A DNA stretch of 64,000 nucleotides from an uncultured candidate division Zixibacteria bacterium. GTDB taxonomy: Bacteria > Zixibacteria > MSB-5A5 > GN15 > PGXB01. Shown piece after piece: positions 1 to 9,367 of this stretch. Made by a program: the position numbers and the translations under genes. Position 1 is the stretch's first letter, and each line of letters begins with the position of its first letter. The stretch is from NCBI GenBank assembly GCA_963702205.1, contig OY969724.1, positions 2,304,001-2,368,000 of the forward strand. The letters are read 5' to 3'. Below the pieces are notes generated by a model. It was not told the DNA's origin. It was given only the letters and a program-made list of their open reading frames with translations, and did not search any database.

Positions 1-91
1 TTTTGGATGCGCGCCTTATATTCTTCGTCTAAGTTTATGTAATAGAGTAAATTTGAAGAAGAAATCTGATTTAACGGGAGGATCATAGAGT

Positions 92-1546
92 ATGAAATTG
101 TCGTTGGCCAAGATCGTTGTTCTGCTTTTAGCACTCCTCACAACGACAGCTTTCGCCCAATATCGCGGGTTTAGTTATGACTTTTTCGGAGGCGGCGCAC
201 GATCTGAGGGGATGGGTCAGGCATTTCTGGCTATTTCTGATGACGCCTCGGCCGGAAGCTGGAACCCGGCCGGACTGCATGTCCATGAAAAAACTCTCAT
301 GCAGTTCAGCTACAACACGCTGATGCCCCGCGGAAATGAAAAATACTACCTTACCAGCGGTTCCTCCGCTCCCATTATCGATGGTCCGCTTTATTCGAAA
401 TTGGACCATAGAGGAGATTATGGGGGAATTAATAATCTTGCCATCATATCGCCGCTCAGAATTAAGGGTCACCATGTAGTGGCGAGCATGTCATACACTG
501 AAAATTTTGATACGTACAATACTTTCATGCAAAACCTCCTGTTCAATTACCTCGGGTGGGGGCCGTACCCCAACGCGAAAATCGAGGCGCACGGAAGTAT
601 CAATTCAATTGATTTCGCGTTCGGCACCAGGGTATACAATCAATTGTCGTTCGGCGTTTCCGCAAACATCTATTATGGAAAAGTCGTTTCCGATGAATAT
701 CGGTACCTGCGTTTTCATTTTACTGATATCAATGGGATAGAAAGAATATACCGGGACGAGATAAGAGTCATCGATTCGACCCAGTATACGGGTTTCAATA
801 CGACTATCGGATTTATATACACCGGCGATCCTTTCCGGGCCGGTTTAACGATAAGGACTCCTTTTGACTTGAAAGGCAAATCCGACTCCACCATCACCTC
901 ACACGCTACTGAAAACGGGCTTCCTATCGGAATTCCTGTTTTGATGTTTAAATCCGATACGGTCTACATTAATGACATGACCACGCAATATCAGATGCCC
1001 ATCATCATTGGTCTTGGATTAGCTTACAACCTGAACAGCAACTGGGTTGTCGATTGTGACGTGGATTATCGCGGATTCAAAGGGAAAAAGGTCAAAACAC
1101 TGGATAGTCTGCAGCTTACGGCCGGCGGCGAGAGGGTTGAATTTTACTCACCCAATGATTTGAACTGGAGCAACGTTTTCCAAGTTCGCATCGGAACCGA
1201 ATACCGCTGGGAGACTCCGGTTGGAATAATTCCTTTCAGGGCCGGTTTCCGAAACGAGGCCTTTCCTGACGGTAATGTCACCAACATCACAACTTTGTTT
1301 CAGGGCGAGAAAGGCTCAGCCACCAATGATTCCACGCGGGTTTACTATGCTTTTGAAAGCAATACCGACAAAATTAAAGGTTTCAGCGTTGGGGTCGGTA
1401 TAGGCATTTATTGGTCGCAAATTCAGCTGGACGTGGCGTACACCAATACGCGATATTCTCAGAAACTTTATGAGGGCGACTTTTTGCGGCTGGAAAATAA
1501 ATGGAACAACCATAGAATTAATGTCTCATTTACCGGGTATTTCTAA
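92..1546 (+). CDS. Outer-membrane beta-barrel protein, FadL/PorV-like (OmpP1/FadL/TodX superfamily)
   Basis: Signal peptide; N-terminal GGARSEGMGQA...DDASAGSWNPAGL hatch motif; C-terminal aromatic Phe (FTGYF); RBS GGAGG upstream. Confidence 0.8.
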   Translation: MKLSLAKIVVLLLALLTTTAFAQYRGFSYDFFGGGARSEGMGQAFLAISDDASAGSWNPAGLHVHEKTLMQFSYNTLMPRGNEKYYLTSGSSAPIIDGPLYSKLDHRGDYGGINNLAIISPLRIKGHHVVASMSYTENFDTYNTFMQNLLFNYLGWGPYPNAKIEAHGSINSIDFAFGTRVYNQLSFGVSANIYYGKVVSDEYRYLRFHFTDINGIERIYRDEIRVIDSTQYTGFNTTIGFIYTGDPFRAGLTIRTPFDLKGKSDSTITSHATENGLPIGIPVLMFKSDTVYINDMTTQYQMPIIIGLGLAYNLNSNWVVDCDVDYRGFKGKKVKTLDSLQLTAGGERVEFYSPNDLNWSNVFQVRIGTEYRWETPVGIIPFRAGFRNEAFPDGNVTNITTLFQGEKGSATNDSTRVYYAFESNTDKIKGFSVGVGIGIYWSQIQLDVAYTNTRYSQKLYEGDFLRLENKWNNHRINVSFTGYF

Positions 1547-1561
1547 AATATGAATTTGCAT

Positions 1562-1597
1562 AATAGGGGTCGAGGCGATTTCGACCTCTATTTTTTT
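1562..1597 (+). terminator. Rho-independent terminator
   Basis: AATAGGGGTCGA-loop-TCGACCTCTATT stem followed by a T-run just after the CDS stop. Confidence 0.8.
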
Positions 1598-1603
1598 AGT
1601 AAA

Positions 1604-1630
1604 TAAGGGAACACAGCGCTCGGCCGATAA
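1604..1630 (+). promoter_or_regulatory. Putative sigma28 (FliA/WhiG)-type promoter
   Basis: TAAG-N15-GCCGATAA versus consensus TAAA-N15-GCCGATAA, 32 nt before the ATG at 1663. Confidence 0.55.
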
Positions 1631-1662
1631 CATTTAAAAGGTATATAACGGATGGAAATGGT

Positions 1663-2322
1663 ATGGGTACCAAAGTAAAGATCACCAAACATGAGTTAAA
1701 AGAAGATAAATTTACGACCGCGATGCTTAAAACGCGGAATTGGCTGGAAGACAACTGGCAGATTTTCGCCGTAATCGTTGCCGCGATCGTAATTATCGTC
1801 GTCGGCGCCTTCTATTACGCCGGCCATCAGTCCGAGATGGAACAAGAAGGCCTTCAAAAATACAGCCAGGCACTCAACCAGCTTCAGTCCATGAACTATC
1901 AGCCGGCAATTCTGAGCTTCAACGATATTATAGACAATTACAGCGGCGACGTGGTCGGCCGGGCTCAATTTAACCTCGGCAACGCTTATTTCGAAAGCCG
2001 CGACTACGATGAAGCCATCACTGCTTTTCAAAAGTACATTGATAAATACCATCTCGATCCTCTGACGACTTCGTCGGCCATCGCCGGTATAGCTTCGAGC
2101 CTGGAAAGCCAGCAGAAGTTCGCCGATGGGGCCGCCAAATATCTTGAAGCGATCGATAATTACCCGGACACGCCGGCCAGACCCGATTACCTGCTTGGAG
2201 CAATTCGCTGTTACAGCCAACTTGGTGAAAAAGATAAAATCAAGCCGGAACTCGACACTCTCGAAAAAGATTATGCGGGATCGGATCAGTATTTTACGGC
2301 GTACCAGCTCTATATGCAATAA
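1663..2322 (+). CDS. Membrane-anchored tetratricopeptide-repeat protein (YfgM-like)
   Basis: N-terminal KHELKEDKF motif, one TM helix, then TPR-like helices (AQFNLGNAYFESRDYDEAITAFQKY). Confidence 0.8.
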   Translation: MGTKVKITKHELKEDKFTTAMLKTRNWLEDNWQIFAVIVAAIVIIVVGAFYYAGHQSEMEQEGLQKYSQALNQLQSMNYQPAILSFNDIIDNYSGDVVGRAQFNLGNAYFESRDYDEAITAFQKYIDKYHLDPLTTSSAIAGIASSLESQQKFADGAAKYLEAIDNYPDTPARPDYLLGAIRCYSQLGEKDKIKPELDTLEKDYAGSDQYFTAYQLYMQ

Positions 2323-2343
2323 GTGTATCCATTAGCGCGGAGG

Positions 2344-4473
2344 ATGCCCGTGTCAGCCGACCCAAAAACAAAAATCGGTCTGTTATGGCATATGCATCAG
2401 CCGTACTATTTAAATCCCGATACCAATAAATTCGATATGCCCTGGGTCCGTTTTCACGGAGTCAAGGATTATCTCGATATGGCTCTTCTGGCGTCGCGAT
2501 ATGAAAACGTCAAGACTACGTTCAACCTGGTTCCGTCCTTGCTCGATCAAATCGAGCTTTATAACCGGGGCGTGACCGATTATCATTTCGATCTGAGTCT
2601 GGTTCCGGCCCGGGAGCTTACTCCCGAACAAAAAAAGATCATTCTGGAGACGTTCTTCTCTGCCAATCATCAGACGATGATCGAGCCCTACATTCGGTAC
2701 CGACAGTTGTATCGCAAGAAAGACGCCTGTGGCACCGACCTCGACCTGGCCGTGAAAATATTTTCGGCCTCGGAATGGCGCGATCTTCAGGTTTGGTCGA
2801 ATCTGGCCTGGGTCGACCGGATGTTCAGAAAGGATGAACCGGTGCGCCGCCTGTTTGATAAGGGGAGAGATTTCACCGAAGAAGATAAGCATGAGCTGCT
2901 TTCATTTCATCTTGACATTTTAAGCCGGATCATTCCGACGTATAAAAAACTGTACGATGACGGCCGCATAGATATTTCATTTACTCCATATTATCATCCG
3001 ATTTTGCCACTGTTGGTCGATCATGAAAGCGCCCGCGAAGCGATTACAGACATTGAGCTGCCGAAGGACGGCTTCAAGTTTCCCGAGGACGCGGAAGCAC
3101 AAATAGAAAAATCCTGTCAAAGATTCTCGGAACTTTTCGGAGGAAAGCTTGAAGGTATGTGGCCGTCCGAAGGGTCGGTCTCGGAACCGGTTCTGGAGCT
3201 GATTAGGAAGGCGGGGATTTCCTGGACGGCATCCGATGAAGAAATCCTTAACGGATCTCTGCATAAATCCGGTTTGACCCTCAAACAAAATTGTTGCTAT
3301 CGGGCGTATGAGTTTTCAAAAGCTGCCGGGCTGAAAATCTTTTTCCGAGACCGGGCCCTTTCGGATAAGATCGGCTTTATCTACGCCTCCTGGAATCCCG
3401 AGCGCGCTGTTGATGATTTTATGCACTGTCTGCGTCAGATCGACCGGGAGTGTGATATCCCCAAAGAAGAACGAATCATTCCGATTATTCTCGACGGCGA
3501 AAACGCGTGGGAATATTACGCCGATGACGGTGTTGGATTCCTGACTTTAATGTATGAGGCTTTTGACAAGAGCACTGAATTCAGCATCGATGGATATTCG
3601 GAAATGGCACGCGAGTCAAGGGCTCAGAGACTGCCGTCGATACTGGCCGGCTCGTGGATTCGCCACAACTTCCAAATCTGGATCGGCCATCCCGAAGATA
3701 ATACCGCCTGGGATCTATTGTTTGCGGCCCGGCAGAAGGTCGCGGAATTCGCGAAACAAAATCAGCAGGTCTCGGAAACTGCCGCAAAGGCCTGGGAACA
3801 AATCTATATCGCCGAAGGATCGGATTGGTGCTGGTGGTACGGCGACGATCATATCGGTGCCCACAATCCCAGGTTCGATGCACTTTATCGCCGTCATTTG
3901 AGGCAGGTGTATGTCATACTCGGGCTGGACGTGCCGGATGAGCTCTCTCGTCCCATATTCAAAGGTCATCAGCACTCGTTTCTATCGGCTCCGGAATCAT
4001 TAATTACACCGGTCCTTGACGGCCGAATTACCCACTATTATGAATGGAGCGGCTCCGGACATTTTCAATGCAGTCTCGCCAGTCTGGCCATGCATCGGAC
4101 CGAACATTTTATATCCAATATTTACTTCGCCTTCGATTACAGCCGGTTTTATATTCGCCTTGACTTTGAAAAACGATTTCATTTAGTTATTGCCGAAAAC
4201 GATAGGCTGGTGGTCGACTTTGGATCCTCGGGCCAATACGGCTTCGATATGAAAAAGAGCACGAACGCCAACGTCCCGGGAGTTGAATCCATATTTGACC
4301 GGATTTTCGAGGCGGGATTCGACAGGAAAATACTGGCGTCCTTGGGTTTTGGAGAGATTTTTATGACAATTTCGTTGTATAGTAAAGATAAATTGGTTGA
4401 AAAATGGCCTGCCGATAATCCCATCAGGATTGATCTGCCCGAACGGGATAAGGAGATTTTTTGGCAGGTTTAA
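2344..4473 (+). CDS. Glycoside hydrolase family 57 (amylopullulanase/alpha-amylase-like)
   Basis: GH57 motifs WHMHQPYY, PYYHPILPL, GMWPSEGSVS, ILDGENAWEYY, AEGSDWCWW. Start uncertain (2323/2344/2350; RBS GGAGG at 2339). Confidence 0.9.
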   Translation: MPVSADPKTKIGLLWHMHQPYYLNPDTNKFDMPWVRFHGVKDYLDMALLASRYENVKTTFNLVPSLLDQIELYNRGVTDYHFDLSLVPARELTPEQKKIILETFFSANHQTMIEPYIRYRQLYRKKDACGTDLDLAVKIFSASEWRDLQVWSNLAWVDRMFRKDEPVRRLFDKGRDFTEEDKHELLSFHLDILSRIIPTYKKLYDDGRIDISFTPYYHPILPLLVDHESAREAITDIELPKDGFKFPEDAEAQIEKSCQRFSELFGGKLEGMWPSEGSVSEPVLELIRKAGISWTASDEEILNGSLHKSGLTLKQNCCYRAYEFSKAAGLKIFFRDRALSDKIGFIYASWNPERAVDDFMHCLRQIDRECDIPKEERIIPIILDGENAWEYYADDGVGFLTLMYEAFDKSTEFSIDGYSEMARESRAQRLPSILAGSWIRHNFQIWIGHPEDNTAWDLLFAARQKVAEFAKQNQQVSETAAKAWEQIYIAEGSDWCWWYGDDHIGAHNPRFDALYRRHLRQVYVILGLDVPDELSRPIFKGHQHSFLSAPESLITPVLDGRITHYYEWSGSGHFQCSLASLAMHRTEHFISNIYFAFDYSRFYIRLDFEKRFHLVIAENDRLVVDFGSSGQYGFDMKKSTNANVPGVESIFDRIFEAGFDRKILASLGFGEIFMTISLYSKDKLVEKWPADNPIRIDLPERDKEIFWQV

Positions 4474-4488
4474 GCAGGGAGCAATAAA

Positions 4489-4899
4489 GTGAGTTCATTT
4501 TTCAAAGAGGAAAACGCCAGTTCCAACGGGGAAGCCCGGCAGGAATCGGATATCCCCAATCTTGATGGTTCTTTCAAAGCCTCGGGCAGTGGGGAGTTCG
4601 ATCGCGACCGAGGGATGATCGCTGCGATTTTGTCATATATCCCGTTTTTATGCCTGATTCCTCTTTTGCAAATGAGAGACAATGAACAGGCGCGATTCCA
4701 CAGCCGACAGGGCTTCATAATTTTTCTCGTGGAACTTTTGGCCTTGTTTTTCCTGATTCCGGGGCTGTCCGGCCTGTTCTGGAAAGCCATAATTATCTTC
4801 GCGCTCGGTGCTTCGGTAGCCGGCATAATTTTCGGCATACAGGGCAAGCAGTACCGCCTGCCGATAATAGGCGATTTTGCGGATAAACTAAAATTATGA
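4489..4899 (+). CDS. Small membrane protein (DUF4870-like)
   Basis: AILSYIPFLCLIPLL...ARFHSRQG...YRLPIIGDFA pattern with three TM segments. Confidence 0.7.
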   Translation: MSSFFKEENASSNGEARQESDIPNLDGSFKASGSGEFDRDRGMIAAILSYIPFLCLIPLLQMRDNEQARFHSRQGFIIFLVELLALFFLIPGLSGLFWKAIIIFALGASVAGIIFGIQGKQYRLPIIGDFADKLKL

Positions 4900-5705
4900 A
4901 TCTGAACTCGAATAGAATGAAATATTTCTCCATTTTCCTGGTGGCGGCCTTTTTAATGGGCTGCGCGACCACCGGACCGGGTGGCAAGAAGTCGGTCATA
5001 CTCATTGACTCGGCTACGGAAGTTTCAATCGGTCAGGATGCCGACGTTCAGATTCGCGAACAAAACAAAATGCTCACGGATACGGCTTGGTTGAATTACG
5101 TGGACAGAATCGGTCAAGACATCGTCTCCCATTGCGACCGCCGCGATATTCAATACCATTTCGCGATCATTGATACGAATTTAGTTAATGCCTTCGCGAC
5201 TCCGGGCGGCTATATATATTTGTATACGGGACTACTGAAAAGCATGGATAATGAGGCCGAACTGGCTGCCGTCATGGCGCACGAAATTTCGCACGTGGTG
5301 GCCCGTCACGGTGTCAAAAGACTTCAGGCCGCCATGGGAGTGGCCCTGCTCCAGCAGCTTGTCCTGGGCAACAGCTCAGACGCCCTCAACGCTTCCGTCG
5401 GTATGGCCGTGGGCCTGAGTTTCGCCGGTTATTCGCGTGAAAACGAGCGCGAGGCCGATTCCTACGGCATAGCATACATGACGCGAACGGGGTACGATCC
5501 TCACGGTGCGATAACCATGTTCGAGAAGCTGGCGCAGATGTCCAATGGCTCTCCGGATTTCTTTGAAAGCCTGACCATGTCTCATCCGGGAACTCAGGAG
5601 AGAATTGCCAATGCGAAAGAAGAAATAGCATCAATGCCCGGCCTTTCTGCCAATCTGGTTTTGAATCCCGATAAATACCGACAGATGAAATCCCGCCTGA
5701 ATTAA
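4896..5705 (+). CDS. M48-family zinc metalloprotease lipoprotein (BepA/YfgC-like)
   Basis: Lipobox FLMGC (probable start 4917); NAFATPGG, HEISH (HExxH), EREAD, SHP motifs. Confidence 0.9.
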   Translation: MNLNSNRMKYFSIFLVAAFLMGCATTGPGGKKSVILIDSATEVSIGQDADVQIREQNKMLTDTAWLNYVDRIGQDIVSHCDRRDIQYHFAIIDTNLVNAFATPGGYIYLYTGLLKSMDNEAELAAVMAHEISHVVARHGVKRLQAAMGVALLQQLVLGNSSDALNASVGMAVGLSFAGYSRENEREADSYGIAYMTRTGYDPHGAITMFEKLAQMSNGSPDFFESLTMSHPGTQERIANAKEEIASMPGLSANLVLNPDKYRQMKSRLN

Positions 5706-6252
5706 TAAATTCTTATTTTCACCGATACATTTTATATAAATGCGACGGTCAGCAATAAATGCTGGCGTAAGTACATGAAAATATAGTACTTAAGTAGACG
5801 CATAAATTGATTATTTATATTTTTTTATTGACGTTGAGTTAAAAAATTTAATATCCTTATGTATAAGTATAGGAGTCAGACCATAGGTTTGAGTTCGTCT
5901 TGACTAAGTATGAAACAAATAGAGGGAAGTTGTTCAAAACGGGCACACAGCCGCAAACTTATGGAATACAGCAGCTTAAAATGAAAAAACGGGGTCAGTC
6001 CGACAACCTGATTAAAGCATGACCGCATAAGTAATAATTCATAGTTTTACACCCCGAAAATGGCTTGGGGGAGAGCCATTTCCAGAATGATTGAACGACA
6101 ATATAAGTGCAAGGATTATAATAGATTACCCGGTCCGGACAAGGCTCTGGAAAAGGAATTCAAATTTCTTGTCGAACTTGACTCATCGGGCATCATCTCT
6201 GCCATTATAACCGCAAGAAGGATAATGAAAAACAAGAAAGTTGAGGTTATGA

Positions 6253-7197
6253 ATGGCGAGTAGATGCATTTCAAAGATACTGTTTATCTGGGGATTGATG
6301 GTCATTGTGGCCGCCCTGCTCGGCAAGGTAGCGATTGCCGAAGATAATGGTCAAACCGTGGCCGACTTTCTTAATATTAATACTGATGCCAGGTCGGCCG
6401 CTATGGGTGGTGCCTATACGGCTTTGGCCAGCGGGCCGTCGGCTCTATACTGGAATCCGGCGGGGCTGACTCTCGAACAATATCCACAGTTATCGCTTTC
6501 TCATTTTTCGTGGTACCAGGATATTAAGTTCGAACACTTGGCGGCGAACGTCCCGTTGAATGACCGGTTAGCTATGGCGGGCGGCATTACGTATTTGAGC
6601 TATGGTGACATTCAGGGGTATGACCAGTTCGACAATCCCATTAATGATATTGGTTCAACCAATGATATGGCCATGGTTATTTCGGCGGCTTATATGGCCA
6701 GCGATGTTTTCTCGGTTGGGGTAAGCGCCAAATACATCAATCTTAATCTGGCCGGTACGCGGGCCTCGGCGATTGCCGGTGATTTCGGCGTCAGTGCTCG
6801 CTACGACAAATACCTGTTTGGCCTGACTTTGTCCAATGTGGGGCAGAAGATCAAATTCAATTCGATCGAGGAAGACCTCCCGGTTCATCTTCGGTTCGGA
6901 GCGGCCACAAGCTGGCTCGATGGCTCAGTGACGGCCGTGACCGAATACGATCATGGCTTCAAGAGCAGCTCGGCCTTCAAGAACGGTGTCGAATACGGAT
7001 ACGAACATAAGTATTTCCTACAGCTGGGATATAATTATCAAGTGGAAGATTCTCCCGACGGCATGGCCGGTGGTATGGCTTTCGGAGCCGGAGCGCTGGT
7101 TGGACCAGCCAGAATTGATTATGCCTATTCTCCCGGTATCGGAGCCGGATCGGATTCGATCCATCGCTTTACGGTTAACTTCAAGTTGACCAATTAA
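6253..7197 (+). CDS. PorV/PorQ-family outer-membrane barrel protein
   Basis: Signal peptide; FLNINTDARSAAMGGAY...YWNPAGL motif; C-terminal RIDYAYS...HRFTVNF. Confidence 0.8.
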   Translation: MASRCISKILFIWGLMVIVAALLGKVAIAEDNGQTVADFLNINTDARSAAMGGAYTALASGPSALYWNPAGLTLEQYPQLSLSHFSWYQDIKFEHLAANVPLNDRLAMAGGITYLSYGDIQGYDQFDNPINDIGSTNDMAMVISAAYMASDVFSVGVSAKYINLNLAGTRASAIAGDFGVSARYDKYLFGLTLSNVGQKIKFNSIEEDLPVHLRFGAATSWLDGSVTAVTEYDHGFKSSSAFKNGVEYGYEHKYFLQLGYNYQVEDSPDGMAGGMAFGAGALVGPARIDYAYSPGIGAGSDSIHRFTVNFKLTN

Positions 7198-7224
7198 ATA
7201 TATATTTCATATATTCACAAATTC

Positions 7225-7253
7225 AACGCCCGGAGCGCCTCCGGGCGTTTTTT
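7225..7253 (+). terminator. Rho-independent terminator
   Basis: AACGCCCGGAG-cgc-CTCCGGGCGTT followed by TTTT. Confidence 0.85.
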
Positions 7254-7438
7254 ATTGCAAATTGCAAACTGTTTCCTAAACAATGCGCAATAACCTGCAT
7301 CAATTATGATCGAGTTTACATGAGTATTTGCTATTGCATAATCGGAAAATGCTAATTGTATACAACTCAATCCAGATTGAACATTGTTGGAATATTCAAC
7401 CTGTTGAATAATAACAACATATGATGTTAATCAGGCCT

Positions 7439-7455
7439 TGCGCAATATTTGCGCA
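7439..7455. promoter_or_regulatory. Palindromic putative activator-binding site
   Basis: TGCGCA-ATATT-TGCGCA dyad just upstream of a -24/-12 promoter; a partial copy TGCGCAataacc starts at 7284. Confidence 0.4.
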
Positions 7456-7479
7456 TTTTTAATATTCCAAAGGCTTTTC

Positions 7480-7495
7480 TGGCAGTCCTTTTGCT
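7480..7495 (+). promoter_or_regulatory. Sigma54 (RpoN) -24/-12 promoter
   Basis: TGGCAG-TCCTT-TTGCT; GG-N10-GC spacing is exact. Confidence 0.7.
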
Positions 7496-7567
7496 CAATA
7501 GGGGGAAAATGGCTATTTAGCCTCTTACCACGGGTTTTCTAAGAAGGAAAGTTTTAGGATATCTTTA

Positions 7568-8503
7568 ATGAAAATAGGCGATTTGGATAATAACCCGTCC
7601 TCGGAAGCAACTGCCCTAACCGCCAACAGGTTTAGTATGCCAATAGGATCCGCAGTTGGTTTGGAGCATGTCGAAAGGCTGCCCCACCGTCCGATGGTAT
7701 CTTTGGCTGATTCATTCAAATTCTTTTTCACCGAATATTTCGGCGGTATTCTGTTTGTCATGGCGGTTATGTTCTTTATCTTAATTGCCGCGGATAATGT
7801 CAGACATCCCATAAAGGTGGTAATGACTATGATTGATAGGTTTCTCAAGAAAGCCCTCGATGTCTTGGGTGCCGCAATCGGTTTGATATTTTGCATTCCA
7901 TTTTTCATTATAGTTCCGATTTTGATCAAGCTTGACAGCCGGGGCCCGGTGTTTTATACCCAGGATAGAATAGGCATAAACCGACGCAAGAAAAACCGCC
8001 GTGCTTATCGTTCGATGATCGACGAAAACCGCCGCCTGCGCGACCGTCGCCGTCAGGATTATCACGGACAGCCGTTCAAAGTTATCAAATTCCGCACCAT
8101 GGTTCAGGATGCCGAGCGGAATTGCGGACCGGTTTGGGCGTCGAAAAACGATCCCCGGGTTACGCGTCTGGGACGGTTCCTGCGCAAGACGCGCATTGAC
8201 GAAATCCCGCAGCTTTTTAACGTCATCCGAGGCGAAATGTCCATGGTTGGACCGAGGCCGGAGCGACCGAATTTCGTTTCCGATTTTGCCCAGAAGATCC
8301 CCGAATACAGGGTTCGCCTGAACGTCAAGCCCGGTATAACGGGTCTGGCTCAGGTTTCGAGCGGGTATGACAGTTCGTTGCAGTCGGTGATAATCAAGCT
8401 GAAAGCGGATATCAATTATATCAGGGAATGGTCCATTTGGAGCGATGTTAAGATTTTGATGCGCACCGTCGTCGTGGTTATAACCGGCAAGGGCGCCTGT
8501 TGA
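7568..8503 (+). CDS. Bacterial sugar transferase (priming undecaprenyl-phosphate hexose-1-P transferase, WcaJ/WbaP C-terminal family)
   Basis: [60 protein letters not shown]. Confidence 0.9.
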   Translation: MKIGDLDNNPSSEATALTANRFSMPIGSAVGLEHVERLPHRPMVSLADSFKFFFTEYFGGILFVMAVMFFILIAADNVRHPIKVVMTMIDRFLKKALDVLGAAIGLIFCIPFFIIVPILIKLDSRGPVFYTQDRIGINRRKKNRRAYRSMIDENRRLRDRRRQDYHGQPFKVIKFRTMVQDAERNCGPVWASKNDPRVTRLGRFLRKTRIDEIPQLFNVIRGEMSMVGPRPERPNFVSDFAQKIPEYRVRLNVKPGITGLAQVSSGYDSSLQSVIIKLKADINYIREWSIWSDVKILMRTVVVVITGKGAC

Positions 8504-8526
8504 CACGTGAAATAAATAAAAATTTT

Positions 8527-8554
8527 AGCCGCACCTCCGACGGTGCGGTTTTTT
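8527..8554 (+). terminator. Rho-independent terminator
   Basis: GCCGCACC-tccgac-GGTGCGGT followed by a T-run. Confidence 0.8.
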
Positions 8555-8616
8555 ATTGCTTGAAATGACTCATAAAAATTAATATCTTTCTCGATCAGAG
8601 TAAAAAAGGAAATTTT

Positions 8617-9351
8617 ATGCGAGATAGGGATATGATGACCAAAGGGATCTTGGCAGCCTTACTGCTTTTTATAACCCCGGCAATAATGGCTCAAAACTCG
8701 ACACCCGGTTTGACCGTACAAACGACACCGCCGGGGGCCGAGGTCGAAGTGGCCGGGGCGCTGACTGTCCGGGGCGTTACGCCCATTACTTTTCCTCAGG
8801 GGCTTGCGGGCGAGTTCGACGTCCATATTAAAAAAGCCGGATACGAAAATTACAATTCCAGCTTATTTCTGAGCACAACCAAGCACACGCAAATCGACGT
8901 CAATCTGACGGCCAAAACGAAATTCAAAGCAGCTTTCAGGTCGCTCTTTATACCCGGCTGGGGGCAGTCCTATTCCGACCGCAAGACCAGGGGAATTGCC
9001 TTTATGATGCTGGCGGCCGGTTCGGTGGCTTCGTATTTCATCGCCGATAACAGATTCGACGACAAGCGCAAGACGTATGATGACTATTTGGCACGGTACA
9101 ATCGGGCAACCGATTATGCGGAAAAACAAAGTCTGTATCCGCTTTTGGAATCAGCCCACAAGGATGCATACGATGCCGAAAACGTAAGGCGAATTACGAT
9201 CGGGGCCACCGTCGCGGTGTGGTCCTTGAGTTTTCTGGATGCTTTGTTATTTTTCCCTGAACAAAAAAGCAGCATCCTTGTCGACCAGATAACTCTTGAG
9301 CCTGATTTAATGAACGGCGGCGGACAGATAGTCCTGTCGTGGGATTTTTAG
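8617..9351 (+). CDS. Secreted PEGA-domain protein with C-terminal DUF5683-like domain
   Basis: Signal peptide; TTPPGAEV...GVTPITF...KKAGYENY (PEGA); AAFRSLFIPGWGQSY motif. Confidence 0.7.
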   Translation: MRDRDMMTKGILAALLLFITPAIMAQNSTPGLTVQTTPPGAEVEVAGALTVRGVTPITFPQGLAGEFDVHIKKAGYENYNSSLFLSTTKHTQIDVNLTAKTKFKAAFRSLFIPGWGQSYSDRKTRGIAFMMLAAGSVASYFIADNRFDDKRKTYDDYLARYNRATDYAEKQSLYPLLESAHKDAYDAENVRRITIGATVAVWSLSFLDALLFFPEQKSSILVDQITLEPDLMNGGGQIVLSWDF

Positions 9352-9367
9352 GAGCGAGGGGCCGGAA

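Noticed and set aside
6060..6263. 67-aa ORF upstream of the PorV-like gene
   Set aside because: No RBS or recognisable motif, and its start lies in a hairpin; not supportable as a gene
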